IMG/VR virus record: IMGVR_UViG_3300020576_007701
From: a virus
Lineage: Duplodnaviria; Caudoviricetes
DNA: 64,000 nt
Direction: 5' to 3' (one strand)
This document shows, one piece after another, positions 50,217-58,984 of the stretch. Below the pieces are notes generated by a model. That model was given only the letters and a program-made list of their open reading frames with translations, was not told the DNA's origin and made no database searches. The position numbers and the translations under genes were made by a program. Positions within the stretch are counted from its first letter, which is position 1; each line of letters begins with the position of its first letter.

Positions 50217-51103
50217 TGAAAACTAAGACATTTATATTTACAGAAGCTTATAATTGCGGACTTATTTTAAAAAAATGTTTAGAAAGTTTTTTTAAATATC
50301 ATCCAGGTATTACTGTAAACGTATTTGGAACCGCAAAAGATTTTAAAGAACTTGGAAAATTTGACGATGTTGAGTATATTGAATTAAGCGCAGATGAAGA
50401 TTTAAAAGAGTGTTTTAAGCATGGTCATTTAGGCACTGCTCACATAGGTGCAAGAGTAATTAAAGAATTTTCTAAAGATTGCAATTATATAATTCACTTT
50501 GATAGCGATATAATATTTAGAAAAGAATCTCTGTCTTTGTTAAATGAAAAAATTGAAGAGGGTTATGACCTAATTGGTTCTAGGCGTTGTTACAAAAACA
50601 ATATGAACAACCTTGTTTTAGAAGGACTTGAAGATGTTGTGCAAACTTATTTTTTTGCTTTTAATAAAAATAAAATTTATGATTATGATTTCAACACTTT
50701 AAGAAATATGATTGTTGGGTTTTTCAATCCATTGGGGCACGAAATACTTGACTATTTTGATCCTGTTTCATTTGATATTTTGAAAAATAATGGGAAAATT
50801 TATTTCCTTGACACAAATTTAGTTGGCGGTTTATCCGCTGAGGGTAACAGAAAAAACATACACGAAGAATTAAATAGTGATTTTGATTTTGGTACAAATT
50901 TGGTACATTTTGGTGGCATAGGTTCTGGTATGAAATTTTATAAGTTTGGAAATGACAGCGTTCCAGAATCTTATTCCAAGTGGGCCATAAACAGATACGG
51001 CATATATAGTAAAGTAATTTTGGGCTCTGAAAAACAAGACATAGAAATAGATGAAGTAAAAACAGAATTGTTAATCAAAGCATTTAATGAAACAAATAAT
51101 TAA
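50216..51103 (+). CDS. Putative GT-A glycosyltransferase
   Basis: IHFDSDIIF DxD motif, late VHFGG; context. Confidence 0.6.
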   Translation: MKTKTFIFTEAYNCGLILKKCLESFFKYHPGITVNVFGTAKDFKELGKFDDVEYIELSADEDLKECFKHGHLGTAHIGARVIKEFSKDCNYIIHFDSDIIFRKESLSLLNEKIEEGYDLIGSRRCYKNNMNNLVLEGLEDVVQTYFFAFNKNKIYDYDFNTLRNMIVGFFNPLGHEILDYFDPVSFDILKNNGKIYFLDTNLVGGLSAEGNRKNIHEELNSDFDFGTNLVHFGGIGSGMKFYKFGNDSVPESYSKWAINRYGIYSKVILGSEKQDIEIDEVKTELLIKAFNETNN

Positions 51104-51890
51104 TAGCTACACATACCCAGATTGGCCAAATATAGAAATTGAATTTGAAAAGTCAATAGAGTTATTTATAGATGGATTTGATGGGTACAATCCAAACAGT
51201 AATTCATATAAAATTTTACTTGTAAAAGAAGTAGAGGCTATAAGCGGCTTTAAAAGTACAGCAATTGAACATGCTTCAAAATTTGATTTAGTTTTAACTT
51301 ATGACGAGGAAATTATACAAAAATGTGACAATGCTCGTTTTTTTCCTTTCGGAACAACATGGATAAAAAATTACGATTTTTTAAAAGAAAAAAAGTTTCA
51401 AATTTCCCACTTGACTGGCCACAAACAAATTACAAATTGGCATATATTAAGACAAAAAATCCACTATAAACAAGAACTAATTGTCACACCAAGAGATTTT
51501 TATATAAGCCAATATGGCGGAGTTGAAAATGCATTTAACAATAAAATTTTAGGAGAATTTAAAGAGCCTCTTTTCGAATCACAATTCCATATTTGTATAG
51601 AAAATTCTGATCAAAAAAATTTATTTACAGAAAAAACAATAGATTGTCTTATCACAAAAACAGTTCCTATTTTTTGTGGATGTGATAATATAGGTGATTT
51701 TTTTAATGAAAAAGGTTTCATAATTGCAAAGAATGTAAATGACATTATAAAAGAGTGTAATAATTTAACGCCAAACACATATGAAACAATGATGGAGGCT
51801 ATAGATGAAAATTACAATATATGCTTGAAATATGCAGATTCAGTAGGTAATCTTAAAAATACTTTATTAGATATTTTTAAAAATAAATAA
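51087..51890 (+). CDS. GT10-like (alpha-1,3/4-fucosyltransferase family) glycosyltransferase
   Basis: FHICIENS...FTEKTIDC...TVPIFCG. Confidence 0.8.
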   Translation: MKQIINSYTYPDWPNIEIEFEKSIELFIDGFDGYNPNSNSYKILLVKEVEAISGFKSTAIEHASKFDLVLTYDEEIIQKCDNARFFPFGTTWIKNYDFLKEKKFQISHLTGHKQITNWHILRQKIHYKQELIVTPRDFYISQYGGVENAFNNKILGEFKEPLFESQFHICIENSDQKNLFTEKTIDCLITKTVPIFCGCDNIGDFFNEKGFIIAKNVNDIIKECNNLTPNTYETMMEAIDENYNICLKYADSVGNLKNTLLDIFKNK

Positions 51891-51891
51891 T

Positions 51892-52908
51892 TTATTCGTC
51901 GTATAATAATTTTACCATGCTATTAACTGTATCAAAGTTATCTGCGGTGGCTCTACTATTAGGTATTTTTACATTAAAAGTTTCTTCTAAAAAAACTAAA
52001 ACAACTACCATTGAAAAAGAATCAATATAACCACCTCTTATAAGCGATGTTTCATACGTTACATTGCTTATTCTTTTACAAGAACAATCTTCCTCTGGAA
52101 ACATGCAATAAGAATAGTGACCCTGGTTACTTCCAAAATGTTTTTTTATATAATTTAAAATTATTTTTTTTTCATTTTTTAACTTTGTTTTTGGTTGTAA
52201 AATTTTTGGTTTTACTTCTTTGTCCACTTGATCGTCTATATTTTTTATATTAATTTCATATGGGAAAAGTGTATTAAATAATTTTTTATAAAAATCGTGC
52301 CCCTTCATGGTGTTTATATAAAACTTTTGTGGGGATCTACACTTATATACATCTAAATGTTCATTTATTTTAATGTGGTTTATATCTTCCTTAGAGTCTT
52401 TGTATAGCAAATCATCTTCAGAACCCTCCTCAATGCTATTAGCGGCAACAATCTTGAAAGACAATTGTTTGTGTTTTTTCTTTAATAATTTTACCAATTT
52501 AAGAAGTCCTTTTAAAGGAATTTCTTTGTGAGTCATAAAGGTAAAAATTACATTATCCCCAGATGTATTATTTAAAAGTTTAAAAAAACGTTTAGCAATA
52601 CTTTCTTTGTATCCAGTCCATCCACACCCATCGTCACCTCTTAATACACCGTGTTCATGATGTTTGTAACCTAATTTAGCGTATGGATATTCGTCACAAT
52701 CTGGCGGATCTATTCCGTTTTTTATATTGTTTTCTATGTGCCATTCATAACCATTTTCAACTATATCACAAACAATATCTATATTGCTATTAGCCCAATC
52801 AAATATATAGCCATATCCCAAAAAATTAATACGTGCGTTGTTATTGTTTAATAATTCAGCAACAACGCAGCAATCTCCTATACTAATAATGTGGTTAACT
52901 TCTTTCAT
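51892..52908 (-). CDS. DUF1796-like papain-fold domain fused to a C-terminal acyl carrier protein
   Basis: IISIGDCCVVA...R...IFDW N-terminus; GYIDSFSM...LEETFNVKI...NFDTVNSM ACP signature. Confidence 0.7.
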   Translation of the reverse strand: MKEVNHIISIGDCCVVAELLNNNNARINFLGYGYIFDWANSNIDIVCDIVENGYEWHIENNIKNGIDPPDCDEYPYAKLGYKHHEHGVLRGDDGCGWTGYKESIAKRFFKLLNNTSGDNVIFTFMTHKEIPLKGLLKLVKLLKKKHKQLSFKIVAANSIEEGSEDDLLYKDSKEDINHIKINEHLDVYKCRSPQKFYINTMKGHDFYKKLFNTLFPYEINIKNIDDQVDKEVKPKILQPKTKLKNEKKIILNYIKKHFGSNQGHYSYCMFPEEDCSCKRISNVTYETSLIRGGYIDSFSMVVVLVFLEETFNVKIPNSRATADNFDTVNSMVKLLYDE

Positions 52909-52934
52909 TTTTTATTTATAAATATAGTTCAAAA

Positions 52935-52966
52935 TTTGGTTTTTTATAAATAAAAAATTATATTTC
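52935..52966 (+). promoter_or_regulatory. Host-type promoter
   Basis: TTTG-N20-TATATTTC. Confidence 0.5.
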
Positions 52967-52982
52967 TTCTAATAACACAGAA

Positions 52983-53789
52983 ATGGATAAAAAATATAAA
53001 GTCAACATAAAGCTTCTTGGCGGCATAGGAAACAACCTATTTCAAATAGCTTGTGCTTATGCATATTCTTTAAAACACAATTGCGAATTAGTCCTTTTTA
53101 AGGAAAAATTTGGCGCTACACATGGTTCCTTTGATTCATATTCTTCAAATGTATTGAGGAATATCAATTTTTCAGACCCAAACACTATAAAGCAATTATC
53201 TCAATACCAGGAGCCATTTTTCAATTACCAAGAAATACCAGGCTTTAATGTGGATTTGCAATTAAATGGTTATTTTCAAACAGAGCTTTATTTTAAAGAA
53301 TACTCACAAGAAATACTTGACCTGTTTTCTTATCCAGATAATTTTATAGAGTCAATAAAAAAAGAATACTCTGACCTTTTAAATCTAAACGCTTGCTCTA
53401 TGCATGTAAGACGTGGCGATTACGTTCATCAACCAGAAAATCATCCAACTCAAAGTATGAATTATTATATGAAAGCGATAAAACAAATGCCTTCAGATTC
53501 TATATTTTTAATTTTTTCAGATGATATTGAATGGTGTAAACAGAACTTCCCAGACCTTCCAGAAAAATTTTACTTTATAGAAGGCAATAAAGATTTTGAA
53601 GATTTATTTCTAATGACACAATGTAAAAATAATATTATTTGTAACTCTAGTTTTAGTTGGTGGGGAGCTTGGTTAAATAAAAACCAAGATAAAAAAATAA
53701 TTGCCCCATTATATACTAGGTGGGTAGGACAAGCTTTATCTAATTTGGACACAAAGGATGTAATTCCAAAAAACTGGATTCAACTATAA
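52983..53789 (+). CDS. GT11 alpha-1,2-fucosyl/colitosyl-transferase
   Basis: GGIGNNLFQ, GYFQ, HVRRGDY, FSDDIEWC, NSSFSWWGAWL. Confidence 0.92.
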   Translation: MDKKYKVNIKLLGGIGNNLFQIACAYAYSLKHNCELVLFKEKFGATHGSFDSYSSNVLRNINFSDPNTIKQLSQYQEPFFNYQEIPGFNVDLQLNGYFQTELYFKEYSQEILDLFSYPDNFIESIKKEYSDLLNLNACSMHVRRGDYVHQPENHPTQSMNYYMKAIKQMPSDSIFLIFSDDIEWCKQNFPDLPEKFYFIEGNKDFEDLFLMTQCKNNIICNSSFSWWGAWLNKNQDKKIIAPLYTRWVGQALSNLDTKDVIPKNWIQL

Positions 53790-53799
53790 TAAAAAAAAT

Positions 53800-54717
53800 A
53801 TGAAATATAAAAAAATATTAATAACTGGCGGATCTGGAATGGTTGGTATGTCTTTGAAAAAAATAATCCCAGAAGCTGTATATATTTCTTCCCAAGATTA
53901 CAATTTAACTTCAGAAATAGAAGTTGAAAAAATGATGAATGAAATAAAACCAGACTGCATAATACATTTGGCAGCAAAAGTTGGCGGCATATTTGATAAC
54001 ATGCAAAAGCCAGCAGAGTATTATACAGAAAATGTTTTAATGAACACAATATTGGTTGACAAGGCTTATAAACATGGCGTTAAAAGACTTATAGCGATGT
54101 TAAGCACATGTATATACCCAGACAAAAATGAAACTTATCCGCTTGTAGAAGGTGACTTACATAAAGGGCCGCCAGCTGAAACTAACTTTTCTTATGGTTA
54201 CGCCAAGAGATCTCTAGCTGTTCAAATCGACTCATACAACAAACAATATGGAACAAAATATCAATATTTAACGCCATGTAATTTATATGGAGAATTTGAT
54301 AAATATGGATCTAATAGCCACTTTATAGCTGCACTTATAAAGAAAATACATGTTTCTGTAAAAAATGGAGATGACAAAATAGTGTTATTTGGAGATGGAA
54401 CTCCACTAAGACAGTTTATGTATTCAGACGATTTAGCTTTTGTAATAAAAGAGTGTTTGGACAAGAACATTTATGAAAATATGAATGTTGCCACTGAAGA
54501 AATTTATAATATAAAACAAATGGCCTTAATCGCTCTTGAGGCTTGCCAGGCTGAAAATTTAACCATACATTTTGATACTAACTCTCCAAATGGACAATTT
54601 AGAAAAGATGTGTCGGTGTCAAAACTAAAAAAAATAATACCCCACTTCAATCCTATAAATTTAAGTGACGGCATAAAAAAAACATACAAATATCTTTTAG
54701 ATAACAATAAGTTATGA
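53800..54717 (+). CDS. GDP-L-fucose synthase family (Fcl/ColC-type epimerase-reductase)
   Basis: TGGSGMVG, HLAAKVGG, LSTCIYP, YGYAK, PCNLYG, GDGTPLRQF. Confidence 0.9.
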   Translation: MKYKKILITGGSGMVGMSLKKIIPEAVYISSQDYNLTSEIEVEKMMNEIKPDCIIHLAAKVGGIFDNMQKPAEYYTENVLMNTILVDKAYKHGVKRLIAMLSTCIYPDKNETYPLVEGDLHKGPPAETNFSYGYAKRSLAVQIDSYNKQYGTKYQYLTPCNLYGEFDKYGSNSHFIAALIKKIHVSVKNGDDKIVLFGDGTPLRQFMYSDDLAFVIKECLDKNIYENMNVATEEIYNIKQMALIALEACQAENLTIHFDTNSPNGQFRKDVSVSKLKKIIPHFNPINLSDGIKKTYKYLLDNNKL

Positions 54718-56165
54718 AATTTCATAAACAAGAATTTTTATACGACAAAGAAAAAGGCGTAAGAGGTAGTTGTTTTCCAACTGTTCTAGCTTGTATATTA
54801 GATTTGGAACTTGGGCAGGTCCCAAATTTTCAACTATCTTATTGGACACATGAGGAAGAGCAAAATATAATTAAATGTTTATTGCTTAGATATTGTAATG
54901 GTTCTTATGAAAACGCTAAAAAATACCAACAAGACAACTTTGATAATCACAAATCTCTTATGCATAATCAGTGGGCTAATACTATGGATTTTTGGCTGGC
55001 ATCAAAAGGTTACGTTGAAGAATATATTCTTTTAGAAGAAATTGAAGAATGGGTTAAAAAAAACCCAGAAACCCCATATCTAGTAAAGGGTGATTCCAGT
55101 AGAGGTGTCGGTCATGTTGTAATATACAAAAATGGAAAAATGATACACGATCCACACCCATCTAATGAAGGCCTTGTTTCATTAAGAGAAGAACCATACT
55201 CGTATTTAAAAAAAATAACAAATATAAAATATGTCAATTCTCACATAGATGAATTTAATTATATTTTTTCCTCTAATATTGATGCTAATTTAATGAAGCA
55301 AAAAAACGAAATGTCATTTTTATACACATCAACTTTTAGTGAATTTGATATTATGTTTAACGAGTATGACAAAATATTTGTAAAAAAAATAAATTTTATT
55401 TCAGGTATGGGTGTCATAGATTCTATTGCTCAAGATAGAAGCATTGAACAAAAAATGAATAAAGATGGCGCAAAAAAAGCGTCGCTTTTAAATGATATCG
55501 AATTTGTAACAGATCAGGAAATTAACGATCTTAGAGGTAGTCAACATGTATATAAATACACATTTTCAAATAGCGCTAAATTGCTAAAGGAAGGTAAATT
55601 AAAATTCATTAACCCTAAATACAAAGACTATAAAGCAAACGAACTTCTTTTATCTAGTTTGAATACAAAAAATAAAAAAGTAGTTGCAATTAATGGGCGT
55701 AATTTAATTAAGATTCCAGAACGAAACCAAACGTTTCAACCATTAATAGACCACTTGATTAAAGAGGGTTTTTTTGTTGTAAATCTTACTATTAACCCTC
55801 CTGGTTTTAACTATCCAAAAGATTCCTATTACGAGATAACAAATCCAAGTTTAAGTTATAGCGATATGGTGTCTTTTTTTCTATTGTCTGAAACAGTTTT
55901 ATCTGTATGTGATTCGGGTGGAGTTAATGTTCATATTTTAACAGAGGCTAATTTTATATTTCTTGGCCCTGGCGGATGGCTAGATAATCCAGAGTTTGGT
56001 CATGAAGGTACAAGTCTTTTATCTGCGAGAAAAGAAAATACAAATTTCTATACTGAACATTTATTAAATTTTTCACTTGATGAGTTGGTAAATAAAATTA
56101 AACAAATTCCAGGTCGTAATAGACATTCATATTTTTTTAATGAAAACAAGATTGAATTTATATAA
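54714..56165 (+). CDS. Two-domain protein: Cys/His/Asp peptidase-like N-terminus + GT9-like C-terminus
   Basis: GSCFPTVLA...GHVVIY...HDPHP; C-terminal SVCDSGG..H. Confidence 0.45.
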   Translation: MKFHKQEFLYDKEKGVRGSCFPTVLACILDLELGQVPNFQLSYWTHEEEQNIIKCLLLRYCNGSYENAKKYQQDNFDNHKSLMHNQWANTMDFWLASKGYVEEYILLEEIEEWVKKNPETPYLVKGDSSRGVGHVVIYKNGKMIHDPHPSNEGLVSLREEPYSYLKKITNIKYVNSHIDEFNYIFSSNIDANLMKQKNEMSFLYTSTFSEFDIMFNEYDKIFVKKINFISGMGVIDSIAQDRSIEQKMNKDGAKKASLLNDIEFVTDQEINDLRGSQHVYKYTFSNSAKLLKEGKLKFINPKYKDYKANELLLSSLNTKNKKVVAINGRNLIKIPERNQTFQPLIDHLIKEGFFVVNLTINPPGFNYPKDSYYEITNPSLSYSDMVSFFLLSETVLSVCDSGGVNVHILTEANFIFLGPGGWLDNPEFGHEGTSLLSARKENTNFYTEHLLNFSLDELVNKIKQIPGRNRHSYFFNENKIEFI

Positions 56166-56215
56166 TTTACTTTATTTTGCTGTTAGCTATGATTATGTTT
56201 AAAAAAAACATATTC

Positions 56216-57409
56216 ATGGCAACAAACTTAAAAAATAAACGTGAGCGTATAACTCTTGTAAAAGACACAATAGACAAAAAAGATATTGACCATTTAATTA
56301 ATTGGTTAAAAACATACCCAAAACTTACAAAGGGCGAAAAAACAATTGAGTTTGAACAAGCTTGGTCAAAGTGGATTGGATGTAAATACTCAGTGTTTGT
56401 AAACTCAGGTTCTTCCGCAAATCTTTTAATGCTCTATGCATTAATAGAGCTTTATAAATTAAGAAATGGAAAGGTTGTTGTTCCATCTCTGGCTTGGGCC
56501 ACTGATTTAGCACCAGTGATTCAACTCGGTTTTCAACCACTTATTGTTGATTGCAATTTAGCGGACTTATCTGTTGACTTAGAACATTTGGAATATATTT
56601 TTATGAACGAACAACCTTCGGCAATGATTTTAGTTTCAGTTCTTGGTTTATCTCCAGATATGGATTCTGTTGTAAAACTTTGTAAAAAATATGGCGTTAT
56701 TTTACTTGAAGATAATTGTGAATCTCAAGGAACAATGTATAAAGGAAAAAAACTTGGAAATTTTGGCCTTATGTCTAGTTATTCAACATATTTTGGGCAT
56801 ACAATGAGCACAATTGAGGGCGGCATGATTTCAACAAATGATAGAGAAGTATACAATATGTTAAAACAACTTAGAAGTCATGGTTGGGATAGAGATTTAG
56901 ATGCCACAAGACAAGCTGAATTGAGAGAACAATGGGGTATAGATGACTTCGCAGCTTTGTACACTTTTTATGTGCCTGGTTTTAATGTTAGATCTACAGA
57001 TTTGCAAGCTGTAATAGGTTTAAAACAGCTTGAAAAAGTTGACGATATGATTGCTCAAAGAAATAAAAACTTTGAAATTTTTAAACAAAGGTTATCACCT
57101 TACACATGGTTCCCAACTGAGCAAGAAGAAAGTTTTACTGCAAGTTTTTGTATTCCAATAATAGCTGAAACAAAAGAAGAAAAAGATAGAATAGTAAAAA
57201 AATTAATAGAAAACAATGTTGAGTGTAGACCTTTAATATGTGGTTCAATGGGAACTCAACCATTTTTTGTAAAACATTTTGGTAGAGTTGCTTTAGAAAC
57301 AGTTACAAGAGTTGATGAGTGTGGTATGTATATTCCAAATCATCCACACCTTACAAAAGAAGAAATAGATCATATGTGTAATTGCATACTTAGCGCAATA
57401 GAAGAATAA
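56216..57409 (+). CDS. colD: DegT/DnrJ-fold PLP enzyme, ColD-type GDP-4-keto-6-deoxymannose 3-dehydratase
   Basis: VNSGSSANL, LLEDNCES, YFGHTMSTIEGG with His at the usual Schiff-base Lys position; start reassigned to ATG 56216. Confidence 0.75.
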   Translation: MATNLKNKRERITLVKDTIDKKDIDHLINWLKTYPKLTKGEKTIEFEQAWSKWIGCKYSVFVNSGSSANLLMLYALIELYKLRNGKVVVPSLAWATDLAPVIQLGFQPLIVDCNLADLSVDLEHLEYIFMNEQPSAMILVSVLGLSPDMDSVVKLCKKYGVILLEDNCESQGTMYKGKKLGNFGLMSSYSTYFGHTMSTIEGGMISTNDREVYNMLKQLRSHGWDRDLDATRQAELREQWGIDDFAALYTFYVPGFNVRSTDLQAVIGLKQLEKVDDMIAQRNKNFEIFKQRLSPYTWFPTEQEESFTASFCIPIIAETKEEKDRIVKKLIENNVECRPLICGSMGTQPFFVKHFGRVALETVTRVDECGMYIPNHPHLTKEEIDHMCNCILSAIEE

Positions 57410-57410
57410 T

Positions 57411-57647
57411 ATGAAGATAAATAAAATCGAAACATATCAAGATTTGCCTAAATATGGTAAATATGTGCTTGTAAGCGGAATCGACAAAGGAATGTATGAT
57501 GTTAGAAGGTGGCACGTTTGCGAAATGAATGACTTAGAAGATGGGTTAGATTATAGAGATAAAGGCCATTTTTTTTGGCTTACTGAAAAAGGAACTAAAA
57601 TAGACGAAGTTACACATTGGTGTGAATTACCAAATATACCACAGTAA
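57411..57647 (+). CDS. DUF551-like small phage protein
   Basis: LP...VLV N-terminus, VTHWCELP C-terminus. Confidence 0.6.
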   Translation: MKINKIETYQDLPKYGKYVLVSGIDKGMYDVRRWHVCEMNDLEDGLDYRDKGHFFWLTEKGTKIDEVTHWCELPNIPQ

Positions 57648-57658
57648 AACTATACAAA

Positions 57659-58084
57659 ATGTTAACTATAAAAGAGTGGCTTTTAAAAAATAATCCAACT
57701 TTTAAAATAGATTGGAATATATTGGGTTGGCAAAACAATCCAAATTTTTTCGGAGATCAAAAAGAATGGAACAATGTGCTTCTCACAAAAATTAACGAAA
57801 TTTCAGCACATATACATATGGCCACATTATTAGGCGGTGCTGACACAATAGAAGTGCACCCAGATAATATGCATTTCATAGAAAGTTTTGACTACTATAA
57901 TGCAACAACAAAAACTATAGGGTTTAGATATTCCGTAATTGTAGATAATCTTATTTCTAAAAATACAATCAATGTGTATTTAAGTGAACAAGCTATAAGA
58001 AATTTTTATAAATTAAATAAAAAAGGGTTAGATATAGATTTTAAAAATACTTATGGGGTTATTACATTAATAAATGGAAATTAA
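57659..58084 (+). CDS. Stand-alone paralogue of the MCP A-domain region
   Basis: NNPNFFGDQKEWNNVLLTKINEISAHIHMATLLGGA vs MCP NNANFFGTQKDWNQTLITRINEISAQIHKATLRGGA (26/36 identical by hand count). Confidence 0.88.
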   Translation: MLTIKEWLLKNNPTFKIDWNILGWQNNPNFFGDQKEWNNVLLTKINEISAHIHMATLLGGADTIEVHPDNMHFIESFDYYNATTKTIGFRYSVIVDNLISKNTINVYLSEQAIRNFYKLNKKGLDIDFKNTYGVITLINGN

Positions 58085-58117
58085 AAAACGGTTTTAATAA
58101 CTGGAATACCTGGCCAG
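58074..58117 (+). pseudogene. Frameshifted remnant of the original gmd 5' end
   Basis: ATG GAA ATT AAA AAA then, one base out of frame, TVLITGIPGQ. Confidence 0.7.
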
Positions 58118-58147
58118 AAATTTTACACTATTTATAATAAAAATATT

Positions 58148-58984
58148 ATGAAAGAAGAAAACAAAAAAACAGGTATTAAAAAATGTAAACAGTGTTTTAA
58201 AGAATTTCAAATTAACTTGCGAAACAAAAGAAGTGCCAATAAAATATTTTGTTCATCAACATGTGCCAAAAAAAATAACGGCAAAAACAATAAAGGTAAA
58301 AAACGTTCTTTAAAATATAAAAGCATGATGAGTGAAAAAACTTCAGGGAAAAATAATGGTTTTTTCGGAAAGACACATTCTAAAAAATCAGTGCAAAAAA
58401 TGAGCAGTTCCAGTTTGTGGCAAGAAGACAAATTTAAATATTGTAATCTGAAAAACAAAGAAAAAGAGGTTTTAGATGGATTAATGCTTAGTGATGGTTG
58501 TTTGTCAGAAAAATCCAGAATATCAGCTAGACTAACTTTTGGATTTAAATTTAAAGAAACTTGTGAAGAAATATTTAAAACAATAAGTTCGTTAAATTTT
58601 TCTCCAATTTGGCAAAGCGAACAAACAAAATGTTGGCACACAAAATCAAATATGTATCATGATTTATTAGTTGAAAACAAAAGATGGTATCCACAAAAAG
58701 AAAAAATTGTACCATTAGATGTCTTGATTACTAAAACTTCTTGTTATTGGTGGTTTATAGGAGATGGCTATAATATTGATGGAAATGTGTATTTGTGCAC
58801 AGACTCCTTTTCTAAAAAAGATAATGTTTTTTTGATTAACAAATTAAAAGAGAACGGATTTAATCCTTCATTAACAAGCACAAATAGAATCAGATTCAAC
58901 AAAAAAGAAACAATACTTTTTTTAGAGTGGATAAAACCTGAAGGTGAAATAATGGAACAATATAAATATAAATGGAAAATATAA
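58148..58984 (+). CDS. LAGLIDADG-type homing endonuclease with Zn ribbon and NUMOD3
   Basis: [44 protein letters not shown]. Confidence 0.8.
   Translation: MKEENKKTGIKKCKQCFKEFQINLRNKRSANKIFCSSTCAKKNNGKNNKGKKRSLKYKSMMSEKTSGKNNGFFGKTHSKKSVQKMSSSSLWQEDKFKYCNLKNKEKEVLDGLMLSDGCLSEKSRISARLTFGFKFKETCEEIFKTISSLNFSPIWQSEQTKCWHTKSNMYHDLLVENKRWYPQKEKIVPLDVLITKTSCYWWFIGDGYNIDGNVYLCTDSFSKKDNVFLINKLKENGFNPSLTSTNRIRFNKKETILFLEWIKPEGEIMEQYKYKWKI

Noticed and set aside
58074-58984. Group I intron in gmd
   Set aside because: Only ~30 nt lie before the nuclease ORF and none after it, leaving no room for a ribozyme; downstream gmd is complete.
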